A stretch of 64,000 bases of DNA from Azolla caroliniana (lineage: Eukaryota; Plantae; Polypodiophyta), in NCBI GenBank assembly GCA_043228905.1, contig JBHGNT010000008.1:20646001-20710000 (forward strand), in the 5' to 3' direction. Both the position numbers and the translations under genes were made by a program. The notes below the pieces were generated by a model. It made no database searches, was not told the origin of the DNA, and saw only the letters and a program-made list of their open reading frames with translations. How positions within the stretch are numbered: position 1 is the first letter of the stretch; each line of letters opens with the position of its first letter. Below are positions 38,201 to 51,571 of the stretch, piece by piece.

Positions 38201-40559
38201 ACTGTCCCAGGTATTCCCCTCCGTTATCCGCTCGTATCGCTTTCAGCTTCTTGCCGGATTCTCTTTCCACTCTCGCGTGGAGTTCTTTAAAGACAGACAA
38301 CACTTGGTCCTTTGTCTTCATCGGTGCCGTCCACAGTCTTCGGCTATGATCATCTATGAATGTTACGAAGTACTGGGCTCCGCCATGTGACTTCGTTTCT
38401 ACCTGACACACATCGGTGTGCACCAACTCCAATGGTGCGCTACGTCTCGTCGGTGGCCTTGAGTGGAAGGAGGTTCGGTTCTGCTTACCGGCCAGGCAAT
38501 CGGTGCACTTCTCCAGGTGCACATGCTTCACTGGAATAAGGTTGTCTTCTGCAAGCCTCTTCATCCCCTTCTCACTCATGTGGCACAGTCTTTTGTGCCA
38601 CAGCTCACCGGCAGTGTCGGCTGCCACATTCAGCTCTTCCGGACATAACCGGGCATTCATCAGGTACAGTGTGTTGATCTTCCGGGCCCGAGCCACTATC
38701 AGGCTCCCTTTGCTGAACTTCATTACGCCGTTCCGGATGCTACCTGTGTAGCCTTCATCGTCTAGCCTCCCGGCCGAAATCAGGGTCAATCGAACCTCCG
38801 GAACGTGTCGGACATCCTTCAGCAGCATTTTACATCCGGTCGAGGTTGTCAACCACACGTCTCCTATGCCGGCGATCCGGCACGTACCTTCATTTCCCAG
38901 CCGTGCTCACCGGCTGTGTAGGATGAGAAGTATCTTCTTTCCGGGGTCAGGTGGAACGACGCTCCGGAATCGACCACCCAGGTCGTCTCATCGCCGGCAA
39001 TGTTTAGCTCACCTTCTTCGGTGATGAGCATGATTTCTTCCTCACTTGCCGCGAGTGCCGTCGTTCCTTTCCTGTCCTGCCCTCGCCGATCCGAACCATT
39101 CCGGTCCGTGGCTCCCCGGTAAGCCCCGTTTCGTTCCGAAGACTTCTTCGAATCGGTGTCGTCGGCTCCGTTGTCTTTTCGGTAATGCCGACAATTCTTT
39201 CGGAAGTGCCCCGGCTTCCCACAGTGGAAGCATGTGGGTCTTCCTCTTGACTGCGACCGGGTCCCCGACTTCTCCCGTCTTTGCGGACTCCGGTTCCGTT
39301 GTCTTCCCCGATCCGATTCGGTAAACAACATCTTCGGATCGGAGGCCGGTTCTTTATCTCTCCGACGCGCTTCTTCGTTCAAAATACTTGTCTTTACCGT
39401 TTGTAGGGACAAGTTATCTTCGGTGCAGGAGGTGCTGAGAGTCACCACCAAGTTCTCCCAGCTTTCCGGCAATGTACACATCAGGATGATGGCTTGCATT
39501 GCATCCTCCAACGGGAACTTGATCGCCGCAAGCTGGTTCACGAATCCCATGAACGTGCTTACGTGTTCCACCATACTCTCGCCGTCCCGGTACTTGAGGT
39601 TCACTATCTTCCTCATCAGGGAGGTCCGGTTCAACGCATTCTTCCTCTCGTAGAGGCCCGACAGCTTCCGCCACATCTCATATGCGTTGGTGTCGTTCGC
39701 CACATGTTGTAGAACGCTCACGTCTACGTATTGCCGAATGGTTGCTACGGCTTTCCAGTTCAGAAGCCTCCATTCCGACTCAAGTACCCCCTTCGGTATT
39801 TCCGACCTGTCGATCGGTTCGTACAGGTCCCGAACAATCAGAAGATCCTCCATCTTGATCTTCTAGTCGGCGTAATTCTGCGCATTCAGCACCATCATCC
39901 CCGACTGCCCGCTGCCGCCGCCTTCCATTTTCTGCAGCAGTCGCTCTGATACCAGTTTGTAGAGAAATCGACGCTCCGATTAACCTTCACCACTCGGCCA
40001 CAACCGAGTAAGCACGAATCAATGCAGCAGAAAATAGGAACCACAGAGAAAGAACACGAATACACAGGGATTAACGTGGAAAACCCTAGACGGGAAAAAC
40101 CACGGGAGTACAAGACTCCAAACCAAAACTATGCACAGAGAAATATACAATGGCGAGCTGCAAGGCGACGACCTTGAGCTCGTTGTCCTCGCCACAGGTG
40201 GCGGAAATACACAGAGGCGTCGACCTCCTCCTCTCTCACGCTCTATCTCTCTCACGGCTGCTCTCTCTTCACTCCTCTTGAGTGGAAAAACAGAAAAATG
40301 AGTAGCAACATTAAAACTATTTGCCCTAAGTCATATTTATACACATATGACTTTGGGGCTATTTACAACTATAGCCTCAAGGGCCCTTGGCAAACATATT
40401 CACAGATATGTCCCCGCATCCGGATCTCGCTCCGGGTACATTCGTCATCCGGCTCCGAAACCGGGGTCTTCATCATCCGGTTCCGAAACCGAAACCGGGC
40501 TTGTCGGCATTCATCTCCGATATCCGACCATCCCATCTGAAGGGACCGTAATCCCAACA
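35253..40559 (-). mobile_element. Young full-length copia B inserted in the G5 5' LTR
   Basis: 602-bp LTRs 35253-35854 and 39958-40559 with three visible mismatches; TSD TCATA; PBS TGGTATCAGAGC; PPT AAGGGGGAGTT. Confidence 0.97.
35865..39928 (-). CDS. Copia B gag-pol with early TAG (~39864) and frameshift (~38900)
   Basis: ORFs 38864-39853 (gag, CCHC, VDSGAS) and 35865-38858 (integrase, RT YVDD, RNase H). Confidence 0.92.
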
Positions 40560-40693
40560 TCATAGTACTAATCCTTCGTTTAGTACTAATTCCTTCTCTG
40601 TCTCAGTACTGTTCATGACAATTTGAACCAATTTCCCTACCTTCTGTCTCTCTCATTTCCTACTAATCGTTTATTCCTCTTTTCTTTCATCCC

Positions 40694-41845
40694 ATGGCCA
40701 CTGTTAGCGCTGAAGAATATCAATCTGTTTTCTCGGAATTTCAATGCTTGAAGGAGAAGTTCCATGCTCTGGAACAAGAAAACCAACGGTTGCTGGGGGA
40801 TCTTCAGCAAATCTCCTTAGAAAAGCAACAAACGCAACAACAGCATGGGGAACTTGCGTTACGCGTGCAACAACTCGAAGCCACCATCGTAGCGATGCAA
40901 CAACACGGGCCCGGAACACAAGGGATTCATAAAGAACCTAAGATTGGCCTTCCCACGAAGTTCGATGGAACGCGATCGCAGTTTAGAGGGTTCCTTAACC
41001 AGGTACGATTAGTTATTCAAATGCATCCTTCCCGATATCCCACCGATGCATCACGAGTGGGTTTAGTAGGCACTTTGTTAAGTGGCTCAGCGTTGTCATG
41101 GTTCGCTCCACTATTAGAAAAGGAATCTCCGTTACTCAACAATTTTGAAGAGTTTCTAGGTGAGTTTAAAGCATGTTTCAGAGATACTGACAGCATCAGG
41201 ACCGCAATCAACAAAATCCGGCGATTACGCCAAGGTGACCGTCCAGCCTCCGCATACGCTGCAGATTTTTGCCTACTCACCGCCGATATCCCTTGGGATG
41301 ATCAAGCGTTGATGGAGCAATTCCGTTATGGTTTACGCAACGACGTCAAGGATTTACTCTTGACCTTCCCCGAAGAGCCAAAGTCCTTAACAGAAGCAAT
41401 CAGTCGCGCGGTGAGATGTGATAACCGCCTCTTTGAGCGACGTTCGGAACGACAGCTACAGATGTCGAGGGCAAGATCAGAGCCCACCTACGCCTCAGTG
41501 GTAGCAAGACCTTTTCCGAGGGAGTCATATAATACGCCTCCAGTGAATACTCCGACTCCGATGGAGATTGACACTACACGTCGTCGAGGGCCATTATCCG
41601 AAGAAGAAAAGCAGCGACGCCGTACAAATCGACTATGTCTTTACTGCGGTGGACCAGGACATATCGCAATAAATTGCCCCCATAGGCCAAGAAGACAGGT
41701 AAACCAAATAGTCGCTAGTTCTAATTGTACTAAATCCGAGCCTATTTCAGTAGGGATATCTGATAGTCCTAATAGTACTAATATCCCAGATCTAGCAAAC
41801 AAATTTGATGTCCTTAGTCAGTTAGAAGAAGAGTTAAACGACTAA
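40694..41845 (+). CDS. G5 gag
   Basis: Intact 383-aa ORF: coiled coil, PTKFDG capsid motif of Tf1-sushi type gags, CLYCGGPGHIAINC knuckle. Confidence 0.9.
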   Translation: MATVSAEEYQSVFSEFQCLKEKFHALEQENQRLLGDLQQISLEKQQTQQQHGELALRVQQLEATIVAMQQHGPGTQGIHKEPKIGLPTKFDGTRSQFRGFLNQVRLVIQMHPSRYPTDASRVGLVGTLLSGSALSWFAPLLEKESPLLNNFEEFLGEFKACFRDTDSIRTAINKIRRLRQGDRPASAYAADFCLLTADIPWDDQALMEQFRYGLRNDVKDLLLTFPEEPKSLTEAISRAVRCDNRLFERRSERQLQMSRARSEPTYASVVARPFPRESYNTPPVNTPTPMEIDTTRRRGPLSEEEKQRRRTNRLCLYCGGPGHIAINCPHRPRRQVNQIVASSNCTKSEPISVGISDSPNSTNIPDLANKFDVLSQLEEELND

Positions 41846-44800
41846 GTTCAGCCAAAATAGGAGCCGTTTGGTTGGACAACCCCTAGATCTGTGCAGCCCA
41901 TTAGTGGTTCCATTCCCTCTAAGCAAGTTAGTGATGTGTTCGTAGCCCAAGTAATAGTTAGTACTAAAAGTACCCCTCCAGTACATGTCCTAGCACTCCT
42001 AGATTCCGGAGCTAACTCTTGCTTTATGGATAAGAAATTTGCTCAAGCTCATAAGATATCCCTAAGAAAACTCTAGTGTCCAGCCTCTGTAGTAGTCATT
42101 GATGGACGTCCCATTGCTTCCGGAAATATTCTAGAAGAGTCAGAGCCCATTAATATCATTTAATATTATTAGTATCCCAGAACATCCTATAGTTTTAGGA
42201 CTACCGTGGTTCGAGTTACATAACCCAGACATAGATTGGAGAACAAGAGAAATCCGGTGTCGACAAACCCAAGGGTCAACTCAGAAGATGGCAACCATTT
42301 CGCTACGTTAGTTGCGTAAAGAAGGGCACAAGGAGGAAATGTTCCTCTTTGCAATATCAGTAAACCCCTCCAACACCACTAAAGAAGAATCCACCGTTCA
42401 ACTTCCCGAGAAGTATCGTGATTACACCGATGTGTTTGATAAAGTACAAGCCAACACACTTCCTCATCATCGACCGTACGATTGCCCCATCGATTTACAA
42501 CCGGGAAAAGAGCCGCCATGGGGACCGATCTACAATTTGTCACCAACCGAGTTGGAAGTCCTTCGGGCCTATATAGAGGAGAATTTGGAAAATGGTTTCA
42601 TTCGGCATTCGAAATCTCCAGCCGGCGCGCCCATTTTCTTCGTCAAGAAAAAAGATGGATCGCTTTGTCTCGTTGTAGATTACCGTGGCTTGAATAAGGT
42701 TACAATCAGGAATAGGTATGCTCTTCCCCTTATCGCAAGTCTTTTAGAATGGATCAATGGTGCCAGGTTCTTCACGAAGATCGACTTACGGGGAGCATAT
42801 AACCTCATACGGATCCGACCAGGAGACGAATGGAAGACCGCGTTTCGCACCAGATATGGGCACTTCGAGTATACTGTCATGCCGTTCGGCCTCACTAATG
42901 CGCCGGCAGTCTTCCAGCACATGGCTAATGATATATTCCGAGATCTATTGGATGATTGTTTGATCATCTATTTGGATGATCTACTAGTTTATTCAAAGAC
43001 CCAAGAAGAACATGATTCTCATGTACTATTAGTACTAAAACGACTTCGAGAACATGGTCTGTATGCAAAGCTAGAAAAATGTAGTTTCGGGTGCAACCAA
43101 GTGGAATTTCTCGGCTACATCATTTCGTCAGAAGGCATCTCCATGGACCCAGCTAAGGTCAAAATGGTGGTAGAATGGCAGACTCCGCGTTCGGTGCGGG
43201 ATGTGCAATGCTTCTTAGGCTTTGCCAATTTTTACCGGAAGTTCATACAAGATTACTCAAAGATTGTTCTACCTCTCACACAACTTACCAGGAAGGGAAA
43301 ACCGTTCATCTGGTCTAAAGAAACGGACATGGCTTTCGAGAGTCTTAAAAAAGCATTTACATCGGCTCCAATTCTAGCTCATGTCGATCCGGAGAAACCA
43401 TTCATTATCGAAGCTGACGCATCGGATTTTTGCATTGGGAAGCATTCTGTCACAACAGGGGAATGATGAAAAGCTACATCCTGTGGCTTTTCACTCACGC
43501 AAGTTTGATGCCGCCGAAATCAACTACGAAATTCATGATAAGGAGCTATTGGCAATAGTGGATTCTTTTATGCAATGGAGGCATTTTTTGGAGGGATCCT
43601 CTCATCCAGTCACCGTATTTAGTGACCACAAGAATCTTGCCTACTTTCAGGATGCTCGTGTGTTGAATCGACGTCAAGCTCGGTGGGCCCACTTCCTCAC
43701 GCGTTTCGACTTCAAAATTACATATCGTCCGGGGAGGCACCAAGGGAAGGCAGATGCATTATCACGGCGTTCGTATCTAGCACCCCGTCCCGGCGAGCCA
43801 GCTTTCGATAACCAAAAACAAGTCATCTTGGGACCGGCACGACTACAAGCAACACAAATCTTTGACATGCCTATGGATTCCCGCGTTATCGATACCATAC
43901 GTGAAGACTTGAAGACAGATGCGTTCGCCCAAGCTATACTAGCACAAATTGATCCCTCTCGAGCGTCGTGTTCACAGTCGCAACCACCAGGTACGGACTA
44001 TCGGCAATTCAAATACCATGATGGATTACTCTTCTTTAAAGAACTTTTGTATGTTCCTAATGGTTCTTGCCGCCTTCGAGTAGTACAAAACTATCATGAC
44101 ACATATACAACTGGGTATTTTGGTAGTACTAAAACATTACATTTAGTACAACGATCATTCTGGTGGCCCTGTATGCGACAATTTGTCGAGGATTTTGTTC
44201 GGACTTGTGATACATGTTGTAGAGCGAAAATGCCAAGGCATCATCCATATGGTTTATTAGAACCATTACCAATTCCAAGCAACCCGTGGCACTCCATTGC
44301 TCTAGACTTCATCATAGATCTTCCAGTCTCTAAGGGGTTCAATGCGATTCTAACGGTGGTGGATCGATATACGAAGATGGCTCATTTCTTGCCATGTACT
44401 AAGGAGATCTCCAGTGAAGACACTGCCGAAATTGTCATGCGTGAAGTATGTCGGCATCATGGACTTCCCGATAGTATCATCAGCGACCGTGGACCCCAGT
44501 TCGTGTCAAAATTCTGGAAGCACCTTTTTAACATGCTCAAGGTCACTTGTAACCTCTCCTCCGGCTACCACCCACAAACTGACGGTCAAGCTGAACGAAC
44601 AAATCAAACGTTGGAGCAGTATCTGCGGTGCTTTCTCAGCTATCATCAGGACGACTGGGCATGCCTATAACAACTCTATCCACGCATCCACTAAAGTTAC
44701 GCCCTTTTATGCTTATACGGGATGTCACCCCCGATGGAGTGTACTTGAAATCCCAGAGGTGTCCACAAATCCGTGCGTGGAGGATCGTTTGGAGCGGTTA

Positions 44801-45379
44801 CGCAAGATACAAGCGGATTTATCTACTCATCTCCAGCAAGCTCAACAAACACACAAGGTCTACCCGAATCGTCATCGACTTCCATCTAGTTTTAATATTG
44901 GAGATCGGGTGTGGCTGCTACGACGACACATCAAGACTACTCACCCATGTGAGAAGTTGGATTATCGGCGATTAGGTCCTTTCCGTATTATTGGAAAGAT
45001 TAATGATGTCGCTTTTCGTCTCGATCTACCTCCTCAACTTCGGATACATCCGGTGTTTCATAGTTCTCTCTTCGAACCCTACCACGAGAGCACCATCCCA
45101 GAACGTCTTATCCAACCTCCACCCTCGATCGAGCTTGAAGATGGGCCGGAGTACGAGGTTGCCGCCATCCTTGATTCCAAGATTGTTCGCAACAAGCTCT
45201 ACTATCTAGTCGATTGGCTAGGCTATAGTCCCAGCGAACGTACTTGGGAACCGATTGAGAATGTAACCAATGCTCGTGCTCTTCTTGAAGACTTCCATCG
45301 TCAATATCCACACAAACCGGGTCCTCAATCCAAGACGACTCGTGACACTCGTCGTTTTAAAGGGGGGATAGTGTCATGA
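41846..45379 (+). pseudogene. G5 pol with chromodomain, disrupted
   Basis: Fragments 41891-42076, 42312-43466, 43381-44670, 44414-45379; chromodomain YEVAAILD..YLVDWLGY..TWEP. Confidence 0.9.
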
Positions 45380-45670
45380 TATGGCAAGACTCGAACCCAT
45401 GACCTTAGGTTATATGGGTCGAGCTCTTGACCATTGGACCATCTATTGTAATACGTAGGATATTATTTTCATTTACATTTTATTATAGGAAATTAGTGTA
45501 TATTCCAGATTTCTCTGGAACATTCTAGAAGCTTTAGGATTACTCCTGAAAACACTATAAAAGAGGGCACTAGGCATTATGTTGAACCAAATTGGTTCAA
45601 CGCCAGTCTTAAGCCTTTTAGCCACCATTGTATATTCTCTTCATATAATAAATATCTTTCTTATCATCAC

Positions 45671-45719
<49 letters not shown>

Positions 45720-48574
45720 CACTTCTTCCTTCTCTCGAAGAAGTTCCACACCTCTCATAGTACTAATCCTTCGTTTAGTACTAATTCCTTCTCTGTCTCA
45801 GTACTGTTCATGACACCGAGTTCGTTGCGCCTTGGGGTAAGGTACACATCCGCACAAGCCCGATAGGAGTCCTCATGGTTGTAATGTCTTGACTGTCGAT
45901 TGCCAATTGGAATTGGTCATATCCGGGGTAGAGATCGCCAATGGAGTAGATGGACCGGCCCGCAAACGCTTCGGCAAATTCGTCCATGCTCGGACCGATT
46001 CCGGCATTTCGAATTGTCACCTTGTTGACGGGTTGAAGATCTTGGATGAATCTCAATGATCCATTCTTCTTTGGCACTGTGAACCACCTATTGGAATAAG
46101 GAGCATTCGACGGTTCTAGAATTCCCATACTCACCTTCTCCTTTAAGAGCTTGATCAGCTTCGGAAAGTGTGCTCTCGAAACCGGTATCGGTTTCCAATT
46201 CCAAGGCACATGAGCACCGTGAAGATCACCATCGGCTCTATAACCTTTGGGTCGGCGCATCCGATTTCTCGTGGGAAGAATGCGAAAGCCTTCCCATGTC
46301 TCTCAAGCATATCGCGAAACATTCGCTCCTCTTCAGGGAGAAGGAAATCCTCCTTTCCAACTCGTAGCTTCCCCTTCGTCTCTTCGGTGAAGACATGACC
46401 TATCGTCTTCGGATCTCTTAAGCTTGGATCGTTAGCGACTTCCTTCATCTTTTGCCAGCTATCTTCCAGTAGCGGAACCACAACTGGCTTGATCTTCTTA
46501 TCCACCATTTTATATTTCGTGTTGATGTCAGCTTCCTTCAACGAGATGCCACGACGGTTTTCATCGATGATAGCGTACATGTTAACGGAGTTAACCGAAA
46601 TCACGCGTTGGTCGTGAAGATAGCTCAAGTTCACGACGTCCTCGATTTCGCCAATGGTGTCGTTAAAAGAGGCTTCTTCCATAATATGAGTCACGAACTC
46701 TCCTTCTTCTATTATGTTTTCTTCTTTTAGCATCTTCTCGAATTCTTGTATCCGACGCTTGTCCTTCTTGTCGGGTAGTACTGGTTTACATTCGCCACTA
46801 GGTGTGACACATGTTGCTTCTCCTCACAATCCACGCACTCTTCTTACTTGTGGGGTCTTGTGATTGCTTGGACTATTTGTGCCCCATGCTTCAATAGTCC
46901 GCTCTAAAAATCCGAGGATTCGCCTCCGAGACTATCTCGATTCCTTTCATGATTGGCTCGCACCGTTAGGAATTGGACCGATCTTTGGTTGTCAAGACTC
47001 TTTATTCGTGCAAAGGCTGCTCCATTATCGAACACTTTGGTCTCCATCCAAGATCATGTGATATAAGGTTTCCCTAAGATGACAGGATGCGGCACCGATT
47101 CTTGTACGAAGAAGTGTTGATCCATCTCCACATCGTCGATCGTGACTTTGACATTGGGACAAGCTCCGTACAAGTCCTCCATAGACTTTGTTGCCGCGCG
47201 AATCTTCTATCTGTGGTTTGTATTGATTGGCCATCTTCCTTTTCTGTAGAAGTCGGTTGACATGAGGTTGATCTCCGAGCCGTGGTCGATCAAAGCTACC
47301 ACGGTCTCTTTCTTCTCTCCGACCTTCACCGGCATCTCCATTGTCGCTAGTGCCCAATGAGGTCGAGTATAGTGGCTATCCACCATATCTTCATCAACTT
47401 CATCTCTTGCCATCGTTATGGCATTCGTTTTTGCTTTTTGCGGCTTCTCTTCTTCCTCGTCCGATTGTTGTCTTTTTCTCTTTACAAGGTCCACGATCGT
47501 GTCATGGAACTCCTTCTTCGTAATGCCAAGCAATTCCCTCAAGGACAAAATCATGAGGCTATCAAGAACTCGTTCTTCGAGAATCTTCTTTAGGTCCGTC
47601 GTCTGATCTATGTCCGACCTTAGCTTATAGGTAAGCACAGTCCTTGTCCTTCGAGCGGGGTCTTCGACACTAACCTTCACGAGCCGAACCGTTTCTTCAA
47701 CTTGTATGCTCGGCTCCCCTTTTCTTCTTGATTCTCGTTCCTCCGTTTGTAAAGGTCAACTCGTCTCCGCATCGTCCTTCTTTTTCGCGTTCCTTGTTCC
47801 ATGTCTTTTTTATGATCCTTGCTCTTCTATTCTTTTTCTCTTTTCTTCGACGAACACCTCGTGGTTGTCGCACATCACCTCCGCAAGTATGGCATTGTCG
47901 TCCACCGGATCCGACCACCCGGTTATGCTTTGCATGCTTCAGTCCGCAAGGTCTACCTCATTCGATGTGACCTTCCCCATCTTCTCATACTCGAGAACGG
48001 AAGACCAAAACTTGGCTCCCACTTTCGCAACTTCATTTCTGTCTTTCTCGACTCTTATTCCGGCCGACGCAGCATAATGCATCGCATCTGTTAACTCTTC
48101 GGGCCGGACAATGGCCTAACAAAGGGTGTCTACGTGAGACACTTCACCAAAGGGTGTTACGGCAACCGGATTAGACTTCAACGCTTAATCCGACTTAGTT
48201 AAGTTACTTATTAGGATCGTCTTCATAACACGCGTAAGATATAACAATTAAGACAGAACGGCAATTGACACAGAGATATAACAACGCTTAAGCTTTCATT
48301 AATTAACCGCTAACTATTACATTGTATCCGGCCTTTTAATAGGTTTCCGGTCTGTATTACAAAACAGTGCCATCCGCACCTGTTCGGGATCGGTCCGGAT
48401 CCGGAACGGCATACCGATTCCGGTCCGTCTATCCACAGTCATAGCTTAATTACAACCACATTCCTACTACTTAATTAGCTCTCCGTTTCCCACTCTGGAC
48501 TCCTTTGCCGGCCGGTAACACATGGCACGCCCGTGGGACAGTACCTTGTACGTCGAATCCACAACCGACCCTTG

Positions 48575-51571
48575 CTATTCTTCGTCCAAAATGTCCAAAA
48601 TGCTCTGTTCGAGAGGCTCCAATGGTTCATCTGGAAGTGGTTGTTGTTGTTGTTGCTGTTGCTGCTTTGTTGCTGTCTGTTGCGGCGGGCCCGTTGGTGG
48701 TTGTTGCGGCTGCTCCTCCGTTTGTGGCTCTGACACCGGCGTCTCCGTCGTTGCTCCCTGCATCGTGGTGGTCTCTGGTTGACTGGTTCCCGGCTGGCCC
48801 TCAGCCGACGACGGTTCCTCATCACTAAGGTTAACCGTTGTCGCTTCCTGTGCTTTTTCTTCTTGTACCCGGGACCGCTCGTAGCTTTCAAACTGGATTT
48901 GAGCGTCCAGCCTATCATCGTCCAGCTGAGCTACGAGCTGCCTGACCTGCGCCAGCTGTTCATCTGCCAGGACTTGGAAGTCGTCGGCCAACTCGTCCCG
49001 TATGGCGGTGAAGTCCTCGGAAGTCAGCGTATAACAATCATCTCCTTCCTTCTGCCGGTTTGCCACATCCGCCCGTAGCAACTGGAGTTCCGCCGCGTTT
49101 TGTGCCCACTTTGTCCACCATTTTATGGAGCTTTCATCAATCAAGTGCTTCGTCTGATTCAGCCATGCCCGGAGGATGGACTGAATCCGGCTCGTTCCCA
49201 ATTGCGATTTGGTTTCCGCCGCTTGCCGTTCCTCCTTCAGTTGTTTGATGATTTTTACGTTGTCCTCCGCCTACACCTTGTAATGCGTCAGTTGCCTTTG
49301 ATATGTACTTTGTAATTTCTGCAATACTGTAGACGCTCTCTCTTTGTCTTCCTGCTGCTGCTTCTGGAGCTCCATCCGGACCTTCTCCGCCTCTTCCAAG
49401 CGTCTTGTATTTTCCGCCCGTTCGTCGGCGATCGCCGTTGCGGCCCGATCAACTGCCTGCTGGAGCTCGGCCAACCGTTCTTTATGCTCTATTTCCAGCC
49501 GTTTGTAGTCCCGGTGCAGGTGCTCAAAATCATCCGTCTTTTGCTTGAGCCGTGCGTTGATCTGACGACGGGCCCGGTCCTCGCGGTCCTTCTGTTGGCG
49601 AAGCTCTTCCTTTAGCCGTTCTATCTCTGTTTCCGCCGTTTTCCGCAGCTTGTCCTTTTCCTGCAGCACTTTGTCTTTCTCCTCCTTTAGCCGGTTGTAC
49701 GCTTGATGGCCTTTCCGGAGGCTCTCCTCTGCTCGGCGGAGGTTCTCAGCAGTCTTCTTTAATTCGGCTTCGGCCGCCGTCTTCAATTCTCGTTCACGGC
49801 TCCTTAGCGCTTCTTGTGCGGCAAGTTCCTCTCTCAATTCCGCAAGCTCCCGAGCTTGCGCCGCATCTCTCGCCGGAACGGTTTCCGTTGCCGGGGTCTT
49901 ATTCCTATGTACAGGTCGTTCCGTTTCATTATTCTGTACACTTACCGGAGTCACCGGTGATTGGATCCGTATTTTAGCCATCTCTGTCGTGACCTGATCC
50001 AAATCTTTTTCAAGGCACCGGATTCTGGACCGGGCCGTCTCTAGTTGTTCGGTTGTGACGAGCAACCGTTCGCTTTGCGCTCTTTCTTCCGCCTCTATAT
50101 ACCCCACTGCTCCGGCTATCTGTTCGCCTATCCACCGGAGCCACAGGCTACCGGTGCCTTGTTGTGCTTGCACGGAGGTTTGATAGATGGGCTCACTTGT
50201 AGAGGGGTGGTCCCGCCTGGTTGCGCCGAGTTGCAGTTCCATTTCTGCCCGTGGACCATCCTGTTGTCCTTGGTCCCCTTGCGCTTCTTCCTGGCTGACC
50301 GAGGGAGGTTGCAGTGACCTTTTCGGCTCTGGCGGAATGGGGCTTGCCGGTGTTGCCGGTGGAGCCGGGGCTTCTGTTTCCGGTTCCTTCTGCACCGGTT
50401 CTGGTTCCTTCCTTGGCGTAGGAGTCTCAGTATGGAGAGCTGGTGTTCCCTCCGTCTGAGGGTCCGAACGTTTCCCGGCTATCTCAACGGTCCTTGCCGA
50501 CGACCGTCGCTGGAGGTGCTCCGTAGGCTCCTCCTCTATTTCCTCCTCCTGAGCTCCGGCATTGAGTTTTGCTGCCAAGGGGTCCACTTCTCGATTCACC
50601 GGTCGGCGGAGTGTGACCTTTACGGGTCGTGCCGGTGGTTCCTCCTGCGCCTTCGTTGGGCGCTTCCGGCTGCCACTTCCTGCTGCCGCCTGGTCTGCAT
50701 CCACCGCCTTTCCCTTACTGGCCTTAGAGGCCAACAGCTGCTGCCGTTTGGAAGCCGTCCTTGGGGTGCCGTTCGGCACTCTTCCTCGCTTCTTGGACTG
50801 GACGGTCTGAACGGGTGGCACCAGCAGGGTGACCCACTGCGTTACGGCGTGCCATATCCTTCGTCCGTCTCGGCCTTCTTTGTCGTCTTTGCCTCTGACG
50901 ATCTCGATCACCGCACACAACCCGTCTGCGATCAATACCGGCCAATCCACCTTGATCCCTTCATAGGTGGCGATGATCATCCCTGCTCGGTTCTGCGGCA
51001 TGACAGGGGGTCTAGGGTATACGTGGCCGTATTCATGGAGCACACGAGCAATTTCGCGGAACAGCATATCTCCGCCGCCCTGTGTCCGGTAGCCCTTGCT
51101 GGCTAGAGAGTACTCACCAAAATACCTGATGAGTTGCTCCGGGGTTGGATTGTCGATTGTGAGTATGCCTCCCTCCGGAAGGCCTGTTAACGCTCGAATC
51201 GCCTCTGCCGTTATGACCTCTGTATCGATTTCCTTGATCACTTTGTCGGCTTCTTTGTGTGGCGGTACTTCCATCATCATCAGGAAGCCCTCGAGCCCGT
51301 GTTGCTTCAGCCATGTCTTGGCGGCTTCCGACAGCGTTTGCGGGTCCATTTCTGTGTCGGGGTCGGACTGCGGTGGCGAGGATGGATGGTGATGAGAGCG
51401 GGGTTGAGAAAGAGAGAGTTCAGAAGGTGGGGGTTCTCTGTGCGCAGGTTCTCTTCTGATAATCTTGCAGCGTTTCGGTGCTTCTGTGCTCCTGGGTTCG
51501 CGAAAATAGAGGGTCTCTACGCGCAATGGTTTTTGTCTGTGCATTCTGGCGCCTTTTTCGAATTTGTGCAT
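48575..51571 (-). CDS. G4 ORF3, with stop at 49271 and frameshift near 49200
   Basis: ORFs 49271-51571 and 48575-49201 homologous to G3 ORF3. Confidence 0.8.

Larger units (their letters stand above)
34867..45815 (+). mobile_element. Chromovirus G5 (Tcn1 / Tf1-sushi type)
   Basis: 5' LTR 34867-35252 + 40565-40620, 3' LTR 45372-45815, [23 protein letters not shown]; gag, protease LDSGA, RT YLDD, RNase H, integrase, chromodomain. Confidence 0.95.

Noticed and set aside
35880-39720. Many antisense ORFs of 100-200 aa across copia B (and similarly G3/G4)
   Set aside because: Shadow frames of GC-rich coding sequence
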